Positions 13,510-25,257 of a stretch of DNA of 64,000 nt are shown here, one piece after another; within the stretch, counting starts at the first letter, position 1; every line of letters begins with the position of its first letter. The stretch is from positions 40,114,001-40,178,000 of the forward strand of contig OZ024748.1 of the NCBI GenBank assembly GCA_964016885.1, read 5' to 3'. The position numbers and the translations under genes were made by a program. The notes beneath the pieces are model-generated. The model saw only the letters and a list, made by a program, of their open reading frames with translations. It did not search any database and was not told where the DNA came from. The DNA is from Eledone cirrhosa (lineage: Eukaryota).

Positions 13510-14290
13510 TCCTTCACTTATTCCTGAGAAGGTCGTGGGGGAAGAGTCTTGAAACACTCCTTCTAGCAGGTCCTGTCAGAAGCAACCATCTCCAACTGAT
13601 TTGGCTGGATCCCCAAGCGATACCTGCCAAGCTTATGGATGTTATCCAACTATCTTGCTCAGGGTCTACTCCTGGGTCTCTTGCTGGTTGGTTTTGCCAA
13701 TAAAATCTGTCCAGTATTTCCTTGGACATTCTAGCCATATAATATGTAATATCAGAGCTATGATTTCTCAATTCGGAGAAGTATCAGTTCTACCAGGAGT
13801 GATTAACAAGTCTCCAAGCTACACACACTATCGAGTAATGATACTCCAAATACCCTTTTGGAGGAACCCCATTTTGGCCACTTGTATTTGCGATTGTATT
13901 CTTTCAGTCATTACACAAGATTCATGACCATAGGTAAGGGTTGGCACGAAAACCGAATTGAAGATAGTGAGTTTGGTGTTTACACCTACCTCCCTTCTTC
14001 TGATTACCAAATGCCAAAGCTGTCACATTACTGCAGCAGCTCCTGCAATTATTGCACTTAATTCGGCCTCCTGCCTTCCATCACTCGTGACCATGGCCCT
14101 GAGATACTTGAACTTCTCTACCAACTTCAGTAGAACTCCTTTCGCATGTAGAATGCACTGCGCAGGCTTCCTTTAGAAGACGAGTGTCTCAGTTTTCACA
14201 GCACTGAATTTCATTCCAGCCATGCATCACTCTGCATCAAACCTAACAAGTGCAAGTCAGAGATCACCTTTTGTTGAGTTTGTAACACCA
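13510..14290 (-). mobile_element. Degenerate RTE-type LINE fragment (RT C-terminal/thumb region)
   Basis: KLTIFNSVFVPTLTYGHES and VEKFKYL-type motifs, split across frames by stops. Confidence 0.75.
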
Positions 14291-14393
14291 TGTTGTCTGC
14301 AAATTCCAGCCACAAATTGCTGGCCATGTGCCTAAATTAGAAAACCTTATTCCTGCAAAAGGTCCTGTTAATCCTTAATTATTATTAAATATA

Positions 14394-14547
14394 ACATATA
14401 TACAAACTGAAGCTGTGTCAGGGACCAGCCTGCAAACATATATACAAACTGGAGCTGTGTCAGGGACCAGCCTGCAAACATATATACAAACTGGAGCTGT
14501 GTCAGGGACCAGTCCGCAAACATATATACAAACTGGAGCTGTGTCAG
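14394..14547. repeat. 42-bp minisatellite, about 3.5 copies
   Basis: Unit ACATATATACAAACTGGAGCTGTGTCAGGGACCAGCCTGCAA. Confidence 0.9.
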
Positions 14548-14669
14548 TGACAATGTCTGCAAACAATGAGTTGAACATTTTAACACCAAGAAATATATGA
14601 TAAGTAAAAACTACAGTTAACAGATTTTTGTGTTTTGAATTACTAAAGTGACTCGTGTACAATGTAATT

Positions 14670-14708
<39 letters not shown>

Positions 14709-14912
14709 TCTCTCTATATGTATGTGTTTTTATATAAATATGTAAATATTTGTGTATATATATATATATATAGTTGTTATATAGTAAGGTGTATTATTGG
14801 TTGTGTCATACGGTCCAATAAACTTTTGTTAGCAATATTAAGTTCTCCACGCTTTTGTATATCTCCAATTCCATTTAAGGGAACAGCTAGATGATGTAAA
14901 ACGGAGTATTTG

Positions 14913-16503
14913 TATCAAAATAAAGATCCGAAAGCATGGTATAAATTTCCAATCATTTTAATCACAACACGTTTCAATAAGGGATAGATCGATCGTGTGG
15001 TCATGATCGATTATCACTGATTTCATCATTCTTAACTGAGTGTGTAATACGTCTATTTACTAACTGAGAGAACTCTATGGTTAGGGTATTCTAAACCTTC
15101 CTCAGGATTTTTGGAAAGTAACCTACCACTAACTGCCCCCTTTTTACCTTAGCCATAGAGTTCTCTCAATTAGCAAAAAATAGACAATCACACACTCAGG
15201 TAGTAGACAGCTAAGATCATTTGCGCACCTACACACTGTACTGGGTATGTTTCCACAGAGTTCTCACAGCTGAGTGCATATTTACCATTACTTTAGAATA
15301 CCTAGTTAGTAAATAGTTAGAACAATTACACTCGCAGTTAAGACCGATTACGCGCATTCACCATTACTTTAGAATACCCTAACCATAGAGTTCTCTCAGT
15401 TAGTAAATAGACGTATTACACAGTTAAGAACGTTACGTTCTTTATACATAATTCTACACAGTACCCGGTTTCTTTAGACACAGAGTTGCCACAGTTATGA
15501 CCAGTCATGATCTTGTCGATTGAATACTACACTAGGTTTTGGTCTGTGATCCTCTAACCAAGGAGTGCTCACAGTTTGCTGAATGGACAATACTACTTAC
15601 ACGCCATCAATGGAGTTACACACATCCCCGGGGTTTTGTTATTTTATTTTGTGTTGGGTAACACACCTCCACCACTCAAACACTTATCTTAAAGGCCCGA
15701 GGGCCCATTTGACGGGAAAACGCACACACTGACAGCTTAACTCAAATACCCAACCTTATATGGAGCCCCTTGTTGGCCTACATGGCAGGTGCTTGCACGC
15801 ACAGACTCGGGGACCCAGATTCTCAACGGGACAACGGCACATATAGAGTTTGATACGAGCTGACTACTTGCTCTACACATGGATGTGTATATACCAAAAC
15901 ATACACTATTTAGACGATACAGATGTTACAATTCAATCGATACACGTATAGCAGAACGTTGAAGGGAATTTACTTGCGTGTGTATAGTGTTGTGGTTGAC
16001 CCAATTTTTTTCTAATTTACATCGTGAAAATTGAGATTTGACCAATATAACGTTTGTTGTTTTGTAACCTAACTTTTGGTGCATACTGTGTTGCTGTGTA
16101 TATTTTTTTTTTCTCTGACCTCGCGTCGGTGTGTGTGAGTGTGTGTGCACTCAATAACACTAATTGTGGCGGACCAAAATTCTACAGATCTGGTGCTGAG
16201 ATTAGACCTGTCCAGCGTCTTTTACAGCTATTGAGAGATAGAGACTTGATAGATTTATGACCCTGACTGAAGACAATAGCAGTTGTCGTGTTTTGGCTGC
16301 TGATTATTCATATGGGGAACAAAACTCCAGTGAGTGAACATCGTTAGTTTTTCCTCCCTCATATCAAAGATTTGAAGACATTTCATTATTCACCTGAGAT
16401 CAGTGATAATCGATCATGACCACACGATCGATCCCTTATTGAAACGTGTCGTGATTAAAATGATTGGAAATGTATACCATGCCTTCGGATCTTTATTTTG
16501 ATA
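14913..16503. repeat. Fold-back segment with about 105-bp inverted repeats (14913-15021 / 16399-16503) and a nested inner inverted repeat (about 15030-15095 / 15367-15428)
   Basis: Direct reverse-complement matches with few mismatches. Confidence 0.85.
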
Positions 16504-16540
16504 TATATATATAAAACTGAATTTACATTTTTTTTTCCAG

Positions 16541-17930
16541 TCTCCAAGCAATGGAACCTTACAGGATTAAGGTATTTTATCCAGTCAATTTAATCCCCAA
16601 GTCTGACCGTATTGCATGTCTAAAAGCTGCCAACTACAACCCCTTTCTACTTAAATCGAAAGACATATTTATAGATTTGCTAACAGATTCTGGTACAGGA
16701 AGTCAAAGCAGTGCCCAGTGGTCGGCTATGACTAAAGCCGGCTATTCAACTATTAATTCCGAATACGTTAAGGAATTTGTACGTACAATTCAACACATTA
16801 CCAATTTCAAACATGTATTTCCAGTTCATCAAGGTCGAGGAGCCGAAGGTTTGTTGGCAAAACTCCTACTGAATAAAGAGAGTGTTGTACTGAGTAATTC
16901 TCTCTTTGACACAACACGAGCACACGTTGAGTCATCTGGTGCAATTGGAATAGATTTGGCAACAAAGTCTTCAAAATTCTTAGGTGATGCCGATGTGGAA
17001 AAATTTGAAGAAACACTGGATGAATATGGTTCTAGAGTTCATCTTGAAATAATAACCTGCACCAATAATGTGGTAGCCGGAGCTCCTGTGAGCATGCAAA
17101 ATATAGAAATCATAACAAAATTATGTCGAAACAAGAATATCCCAGTTATAATGGACGCATGCCGTTTTGTTGAAAATGCTTATTTTATCAAGACCTTAGA
17201 CGAAAAATATTCTAAACACACAATCTTAGATATTGCCAGCGAAATGTTTTCTTATTTTGATGGTGCAACTATGTCTTTAAAGAAAGATGGTATGAGCAAT
17301 GAAGGTGGGTTTATAGCTTTCAACAACGACAAATGGGCCACCAAAATATTTGACATAATCGAATATAAAAGTGGTTATTCAACTTACGGGGGAATAACTG
17401 GATCAAATCTTGTAGCATGTACTGTCGGAATTTCTGAGGCTATGAACGAAAATTACCTCCGATCAAGAATCTATCAGGCTAAATTACTGGCTGATTTCTT
17501 GGAAGATAATAATATTCCCGTATTTAAACCAGTAGGGGCCCATGCCGTCTACGTGAAAGCAAACAAAGTCTTGCCACACCTTGATTTCTTGAAGTATCCA
17601 GCATGGTCCCTTAATTGTGCCGTATATATCGAAGGTGGTATTTGATGTGCAGAAATTGGCAATATAATGTTTGGTGAAAATTCAGATGGAACAAAACAAA
17701 TTCATCCCTTTGAATATGTGCGTTTGGCTTTACCCAGAAGAACCTATACGGTCAACCATCTGCATTTTGTGGCCAAAACTTTTGGTTTTGTTGCCAAAAA
17801 AGCCCATTTAATCCACGGAATGGAAATTGTCAAATCTTCGCATCTCCTAAGACATTTCACAATTTGGATGAGACCATTAAATGAATACCACCTTGAAAAG
17901 AATAATAATCAGAAAAAAATAAACTGTTGA
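16541..17930 (+). CDS. tnaA: Tandem-domain tryptophanase-like gene, exon 3: domain 2 (PLP-binding tryptophanase domain) with an in-frame TGA at 17643-17645
   Basis: Acceptor TTTTTTTCCAG|16541 (phase 2). Motifs MEPYRIK, IDLLTDSGT, HQGRGAE, FDTTRAH, DACRFVENAY, SLKKDG (PLP Lys 17283-17285), CAEIG, VRLALPRR and LRHFT. ORFs 16551-17645 and 17667-17930 are in the same frame, separated by a single TGA. FDTT, EIG and LRHF indicate tryptophanase rather than tyrosine phenol-lyase (FTTT, ERG, LRFF). Confidence 0.9.
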
Positions 17931-18239
17931 AGTTTGCCATAAATTACAATGTCAGTTATCTCTTGTGTACAGAAGAAGTTCATTAGAAGTATATATCACA
18001 CTGGCCAAATTACCCACACCTTGCTGCGTTTCACACTTTTTTTTTTTTAAAGAAAATGATGAATGATTTTAAATCAGCGATATAATTTATGGAGAAAAAC
18101 TCTGCATTTCAATATTACTCAATGTAAAATGTAATGCATGAAAAATTGGAAAACATTATTTTTTGTTATATATCAAATCAAAATTACATTATTAAATCTG
18201 ATTCTTATTTTGTTTCTTGTAAATAATTTTTTTCAAAAT

Positions 18240-18498
18240 ATCAATTCAAAACTTTTGTGAATAGGGCATCATATCTTGTCATTTACCTATGGTTTAAATT
18301 TCATATAAATCGAAAGGAAAAAATTTTCAGCAGGGATTTGTGCCTCCGGGGAACCCTTTGATTAAAATGAAATATACTTATCCAAGTAACCTGGGAAATG
18401 TAGTTTCAGAATATATATGGTTATGGGGATCTAGCTCCAAAACTATAGGAGTTCATGAACAAACAAACAGACAGGAACTACAACTTTATATATATAGA
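18240..18498 (-). mobile_element. Helitron-like non-autonomous fragment (5' TC end)
   Basis: Homologous to 7900-8130. The minus strand begins TCTATATATATAAAG. Confidence 0.55.
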
Positions 18499-18631
18499 TT
18501 ACTACCTACGTTTAAATGGGTTTTATATAAATGAATTTAAATGGCTTTTAATGGGTACATGTGTGTGCTTATATTAGTGAAGAAGTGCTTGCTTAATAAC
18601 TATGACATATGACTTCATAACACATATTATT

Positions 18632-18820
18632 GTGGTGGATTGGCAGTATTGGGAGAGGGTCGGATGCCAAGCTTTGACGTATAGAGTTACGGCCCTTGCC
18701 ATTCTGAGTTCAATTCCCGCCGAGGTTAACTTTGCCTTTCATCCTTACGGGGTCGATAAAATAAAGTACCAGTAATGCACTGGATATTTGCTGACCGTGT
18801 GCCTAACTTAGAAACAATTA
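18632..18820 (+). mobile_element. Family A SINE copy
   Basis: Matches the consensus of the other copies. Confidence 0.85.
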
Positions 18821-19409
18821 TAAAGAGAAATTCGTATTTTCTTACATGTTTACATGCCTACATATTAAATATATGTATAGTTCTACACACAGTTTCAGCT
18901 ACACACTCTGTATTTATACAGATATAATTTTATCATTCACTATGGCTGCTAGCATACTTCTTAATATATATATATTAAATAAGTACCAATACAAACGCTA
19001 ATTAAATGCAAATTAATTTCATTGGTACAAGAGATTTCAACACATTCTGCTTTTCAACTCGGCAAAAATACAGAGAGTTTGGCTAATATAGCAACATAGC
19101 TACACACACTTGCTAACCCTAACCCCTGCCGAAATTGAAACTAGCTGAGTTTGCTTCACAGGTTACTAAATATCACGACTATGTATTCTACAATTGCACA
19201 CACAATATACTGCATGTATACTTGCACCTTTTTCTGTTTTCATTGCTGCACCTTAACAACGAAGTAAATCATTTTATAAATAAAAATATTTAAATTAGCA
19301 GTGTCTTGTTTATTTGTTAATTCTTATCCACGTGATTTGGAAAAATCATCTTACCCAGGGTAATATCACTTCACAGTACACATCAGGAGTGGTTTATTTG
19401 ACCAATACG

Positions 19410-19990
19410 GTCAAACTTCTCTGGACTCGCAGACATACTTGGCATTGCTTCACCAACATAGTAAAACCAACCAGCAGGAGTCCCAGGGGTAGACCCCAAG
19501 CAGGATGGATGGATAACATCCATGAGCTTGGCTGGTCTTGCTTGGGGATCGAGCCAGATCAGTTGGAAACGGTTGCTTCTGACAGAACCTGCTGGAAGGA
19601 GTGTCTGAGGATTCTGCAACAGCATTTGGAAGATTATACTGAAGACTTGGGCATGTGGAAGAGCTGCATGAAGCTACTGAATGATGAGCAGAAGGAGCGA
19701 CATGTGCAGGTGCGTAAGCACATCCTCAAGCATTTTGAAATCAAACCAGACATTTTCCTTTTCCCCAAGCTGAAGAGGGTCATCAGAGGAACCTGAGGTA
19801 GAAGCCATGAAGAGGGCTATATTAGCAGAGCTATGGAGAATTCTGGGTGAATCCATCCAAGAGTGCAGGGAGAAGAAAGATGGGAAATTGTGTTTGACCC
19901 AAGGGGGATTATTCTGAAAAGGAAAACTTCTAGTTCGGATTTGAAATATTTTATTTTGCAACTTCTGTCCTGTTTCTTTTCTGTCACTCC
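19410..19990 (+). mobile_element. RTE 3' fragment (about 19410-19625) followed by a degenerate mariner-like transposase remnant
   Basis: SPRGRPQAGWMDNI (RTE C-terminus), then EDLGM..LLNDEQKER.VQV and FLFPKLKRVIRGT (mariner-like). Confidence 0.6.
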
Positions 19991-20005
19991 ATATATATAT
20001 ATATA

Positions 20006-20340
20006 CATGGCTTAGTGGTTAGAGCATTGGCCTTGCAATCGAAAGGTTTGAGTTCAATTCTCAGACCGGGTGATGTGTTGTTTCCTTGAGCAAGACACTT
20101 TATTTCACATTGCTCCAGTTTACTCAGCTGTAGAAATGAGATGATAGGGACTGGGGTCCCTATCATTCCACTGCAAAGTGGTCATGGAGGTGCCACGGCA
20201 AAAAAGCACCCAGCGCTCACTGTAAATGAGGTTGGTGTTAGGAAGGGCATCCAGCTGTAGAAATCAAGCCAGAATCAGTTCCCGTCCTACCCTTGCAAGA
20301 AGGGAAAAGTGGACGTAAAATGATGATGATGATGATGATA
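20006..20340 (+). mobile_element. tRNA-derived SINE, family B, with an RTE-type 3' tail
   Basis: A box TGGCTTAGTGG, B box GAGTTCAATTC and a 3' GGACGTAAAA(TGA)n end. A near-identical copy lies at 29950-30288. Confidence 0.85.
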
Positions 20341-21100
20341 TATATGGATAATAGGATGAATTTGGTACAACCAATAAATTATAAAGGCAACAAATATTTT
20401 CTTGTTTTAATATTGCAGTTTATACATATCTTAAGAAGCAGTATAAGAAAAGCTTACATTTCATTTTCAAACTTAAGTAAAAAATAAAATATATATTTAT
20501 TTTCAATTTTTAAAATGCGAGCAAAAACATAAAATCGATTTCAATATTCATCACACACACATATATATACATGTATATTATTTGGAAAAAAAAGGGGGTG
20601 GGGTAAAGTTTTATACAAAAAAATGATGACCAGTTCGAATATTTGAGAGAAAACTCAAGTATATTCGAACTGCTCAGATATTAAAAAAATTTCTTTTATT
20701 AATATTCAATATTTAACATCTAATATTTGATAAAATTGTTTTACCAATCGAAACCAGTTATATTTAATGCAACAATTATAAAATTATTCATTCTGTCAGA
20801 TTAAAGAAAAAATAATCTTTTAATATTCCCTGGACTTTGGCAATTTCAACCCCCTACCAACAGTACTGCTGGTTCACTCTGGGTCACAGCGTCTGAGACA
20901 AGTCAGAGCGTAGTGTCCAAATAATTATTTTAAATTATTCTATGAAAAATAAAAATTAATTACACGTATCTAAATATCACAATTTGTTTTGTTGGATGCT
21001 CTACCAACTTTGCCATCAACCAGTCATTTCTATCAAATAATTTCCAATAATATTTGTGAATATGAAAAGGTAAAGAAAGATCGATATATGTGTGTGTATA

Positions 21101-21858
21101 TATAACGTCTGAATAGCTCAGGCTGTCATAACTGATAGTCCTCAGAGAAATGTGTATAACGTCTGAAGAGCTCAGGCTGTCATAACTGATAGTCCTCAGT
21201 GAAATATGTATAACGTCTGAAGAGCTCAGGCTGTCATAACTGATAGTCCTCAGTGAAATATATATAACGTCTGAAGAGCTCAGGCTGTCATAACTGATAG
21301 TCCTCAGTGAAATATGTATAACGTCTGAAGAGCTCAGGCTGTCATAACTGATAGTCCTCGGTGAAATATATATAACGTCTGAAGAGCTCAGGCTGTCATA
21401 ACTGATAGTCCTCAGTGAAATATGTATAACGTCTGAAGAGCTCAGGCTGTCATAACTGACAGTCCTCAGTGAAATATGTATAACGTCTGAAGAGCTCAGG
21501 CTGTCATAACTGACAGTCCTCAGTGAAATATGTATAGCGTCTGAAGAGCTCAGGCTGTCATAACTGATAGTCCTCAGTGAAATATGTATAACGTCTGAAG
21601 AGCTCAGGCTGTCATAACTGACAGTCCTCAGTGAAATATGTATAGCGTCTGAAGAGCTCAGGCTGTCATAACTGAGTCCTCAGTGAAATATGTATAACGT
21701 CTGAAGAGCTCAGGCTGTCATAACTGATAGTCCTCGGTGAAATGTGTATAACGTCTGAAGAGCTCAGGCTGTCATAACTGATAGTCCTCAGTGAAATGTG
21801 TATAACGTCTGAAGAGCTCAGGCTGTCATAACTGATAGTCCTCGGTGAAATGTGTATA
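21101..21858 (+). repeat. 54-bp tandem array (14 units), each unit a hammerhead-ribozyme motif
   Basis: Unit ACGT-CTGAAGA-GCTCAGGCTGTCATAACTGA(T/C)AGTCCTCAGT-GAAA-TAT(G/A)TATA, containing the CUGANGA/GAAA core, a stem II hairpin and an AUA triplet. Confidence 0.85.
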
Positions 21859-21912
21859 GCAGAGTTTTAAATAAATCTGAATCGACTGATAATGGCCTCC
21901 AACCTTTTAATA

Positions 21913-21956
<44 letters not shown>

Positions 21957-22004
21957 GTGTGTGTGTGTATACATATGAGATTGTTTAGCCTTATATACCT
22001 TTCC

Positions 22005-22037
<33 letters not shown>

Positions 22038-22149
22038 AGTAGAAGTGGTATTTAATTTGTTGGAAGTCCGACAAACATAGATGTTTATAACTGATTTAGA
22101 GCACTCAACAACTTACTGGAGTAAATATTCAATGATATTAAATAAATGG

Positions 22150-22740
22150 AAACTATATTTATAAAACTATATTTATAAACTATAGTTTTATAAATATAGT
22201 TTTTTAAATATAGTTTTATAAATATAGTTTATAAATATAGATTTATAAATTATATTTATAAAACTATATTTATAAAACTATATTTATAAAACTATATTTA
22301 TAAAACTATTTTATAAAACTATTTTATAAAACTATATTTATAAAACTATTTTATAAAACTATTTTATAAAACTATATTTATAAAACTATATTTATAAAAC
22401 TATATTTATAAAACTATTTTATAAAACTATTTTATAAAACTATTTTATAAAACTATATTTATAAAACTATATTTATAAAACTATATTTATAAAACTATAT
22501 TTATAAAACTATTTTATAAAACTATTTATAAAACTATATTTATAAAACTATATTTATAAAACTATATTTATAAAACTATTTTATAAAACTATTTTATAAA
22601 ATTATATTTATAAAACTATATTTATAAAACTATATTTATAAAACTATTTTATAAAACTATATTTATAAAACTATATTTATAAAACTATATTTATAAAACT
22701 ATATTTATAAAACCATATTTATAAAACTATATTTATAAAA
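22150..22740. repeat. AT-rich 14-bp minisatellite (AAACTATATTTATA)n with a short inverted block
   Basis: Direct inspection. Confidence 0.9.
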
Positions 22741-22813
22741 TTCCCTATCCAGTGAATTTCCAACCGATAAGGTATGCTTTTCGTGGGTATGTCTATTTAT
22801 AAAACAAACTTTG

Positions 22814-22878
22814 TATTTTATCTGATGAAAGCATACCAATGTTGTCTTGGTTACCCTTGAAATATATATAATAAAATA
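22814..22878 (+). ncRNA. Minimal type I hammerhead ribozyme
   Basis: 8-bp stem I TATTTTAT/ATAAAATA, CTGATGA 22822-22828, stem II AAG..ACCAA/TTGGT..CTT, GAAA 22859-22862 and T-ATAT-A-TA. Confidence 0.8.
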
Positions 22879-22940
22879 AATATGGTTTTATAAATATAGT
22901 TTCCATTTATTTAATATCATTGTATATATATATATATATA

Positions 22941-24746
22941 TATTCATTAGTTAAGCAAAACAAGACAACAAATTTCACAAGGAAGACATTATTAAAAGAT
23001 TGTCAACATATTTTAGTTTGATGTAAGGAATGTAGAGAATAATAATTTCTACTTTAGGCACAAAGCCAGCTATTACCCAGTACATTACTGGTACTTTATT
23101 TTATCGACCCCGTAAGGATGAAAGGCAAAGTTAACCTCGGCGGGATTTGAACTCAAACCGTAAAGGGACGTAACTATGCTAGAAATCATGGCGTTCAACC
23201 CTCTGCCAATCCACCGCCCTTTTATATAATAATATTAATAATAATAATGTCCGTTTACAATTGTTTCGCTACTCCATATAATATTTCTGGATCAAATGAT
23301 TATATATCATTATTGATCTGGTTCAGTTGAAAATAATTACTATAGGTAAAGATAGAGCAGCTCATCGGAACTTCAAAAGGAATATAAATTAAAATAAGGA
23401 AAGAATGTTACATAAATGTAATGTTCCATATATTGGTATTTCACTATGGTGACCTGGGTATATCAATTGTCTGCCATAGTCGAGCAGTATTCTTCTGTCG
23501 AGGCTGCATTGTGTGAGATCTGCCTATGGGTAACAAGATGGCCGCCAATGTACATATTTACCTTACTAATTAGAGGGTGGTTTCAGGGGAAGTAACTCCT
23601 CGAGAGATTAGAAATTGTGGGTAGTTTATAGTTAAGTGCTAATTTTTTTTATTTTGAGACAATGTAAGGGAGGTAACTTATAATTATTTAAGTTAGTTAT
23701 AGCTATTTAACTTATTAGCTACAAGTAAAAATGGGGCTAGATGACTATGTTGGCGAAGGAATTAGCCCTTCGATGTTGACAGCTAATAGTTACCTTCGTT
23801 CTATCATTAATCAGTAGAGGTTGTGATAGAGTTATGTAATATGCTTCAGCTAGAGATGTCGAACATTTGTTGTTAGGGTCTCAGAAGGAAAAGGAGTGCG
23901 CGTTATAGCGTACCTTAAAAGGGTTAGAGGTAGACCCAATATAGGAGCTGGTATGCGAAGCAGTTTTAACTGTGCACCTATAGACTATGTTGGGTGTCAG
24001 GCAATGTCCATTTAGTGGGCATGCATTAGGGTAACGGCAGTTGCAGTTACTTCTGCGGTTAGTGAGAGTAGGGTTGTTTAACCTAAGCGGTTGGTCAGTG
24101 CTAGGATTAGATGGGGGAGGTGTGCTACTAGAGTAAGTATTGGTGTAGCGGCATGGTGTATCCGATGGGGGGGGGGGTACCGCGGTGTGGGAGTTATACT
24201 GTCTTAGTTTATCATGGTTACTGAATGTGATGTGGCAAGCTAAGTTAGGTGTTGTGGAGAATGAGATTTTAATGTTATTTTTATTAAAGAGTTTGTAATA
24301 TCTATGGTGGGGGGGGGGGGGTGTTTAGATAGGATAGAGAAGAAGCATTTAGGGATATTAGTGGCTAGATTAGATGAGAATGGGGGGTTAAGCCAGGTGA
24401 TATTTCTAGGCATATTCCTTCTAGGGGTTCTAGTGGAGTTGGAACATTACATTTATGTAACATTCTTTCCTTATTTTAATTTATATTCCTTTTGAAGTTC
24501 CGATGAGCTGCTCTATCTTTACCTATGTTAATTATTTTCAACTGAACCAGATCAATAATGATATATAATCATTTGATCCAGAAATATTATATGGAGTAGA
24601 GAAACAATTGTAAACGGACATTATTATTATTAATATTATTATTATTAGTCTCTACATTCCTTACATCAAACTAAAATATGTTGACAATCTTTTAATAATG
24701 TCTTCCTTGTGAAATTTGTGGTCTTGTTTCGCTTAACTAATGAATA
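22941..24746 (-). mobile_element. Penelope-like element remnant (GIY-YIG endonuclease) between about 300-bp inverted repeats
   Basis: The minus strand at about 23830-24050 reads CNCRYPNACPLNGHCLTPNIVYRCTVK..SYIGSTSNPFKVRYNAH. Arms 22941-23428 (interrupted by a SINE at about 23040-23220) and 24440-24746 are reverse complements. Confidence 0.8.
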
Positions 24747-24904
24747 TGTCCAGCTCTGTGCACCTAACCTCTGCATGAACCCAGCCACCTAGCTGCTTTC
24801 TACTGCATATTGCATATTGAGCACATGCCTTTACGCTTTGGCTTCTAACTAATTCACCAATCTCTCCTTTATCTCTCTCTTTAAGATTGGTTACTCTTGA
24901 ACTG

Positions 24905-24949
<45 letters not shown>

Positions 24950-25224
24950 TCGTTCACAGAATACATAAAAAAAATTTTTAATATTTCATATTTATTAAGA
25001 TTGTTATACTAATCGAAACTGATTATAATAAATGTAACAATTATAAAATTATTCCTTCCGTCGGATTAAAGAAAAAATAATCATTAAGTATTCATCGTCG
25101 TCGTCGTCGTCATCGTCATCTATATATATATATATATAATAGAAAAAATGAGGAAGTTTCATTTACATATGAAAATATATATAAATAGGGATAGAGAGAG
25201 GTATGTAGATAGATAGAGAAACAC

Positions 25225-25257
<33 letters not shown>

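Noticed and set aside
16262-16300. Further hammerhead candidates (CTGAAGA here, CTGATGA near 7153, CCGATGA near 24500)
   Set aside because: They lack a correctly placed GAAA or stems I and III.
10428-17930. Bacterial contamination or a tna operon
   Set aside because: No tnaC/tnaB or other bacterial genes. Spliceosomal signals sit at homologous positions and host repeats are interleaved.
20006-20080. tRNA gene (also at 29950 and the SINE heads)
   Set aside because: A and B boxes are present but no convincing cloverleaf. The sequence continues into a SINE body.
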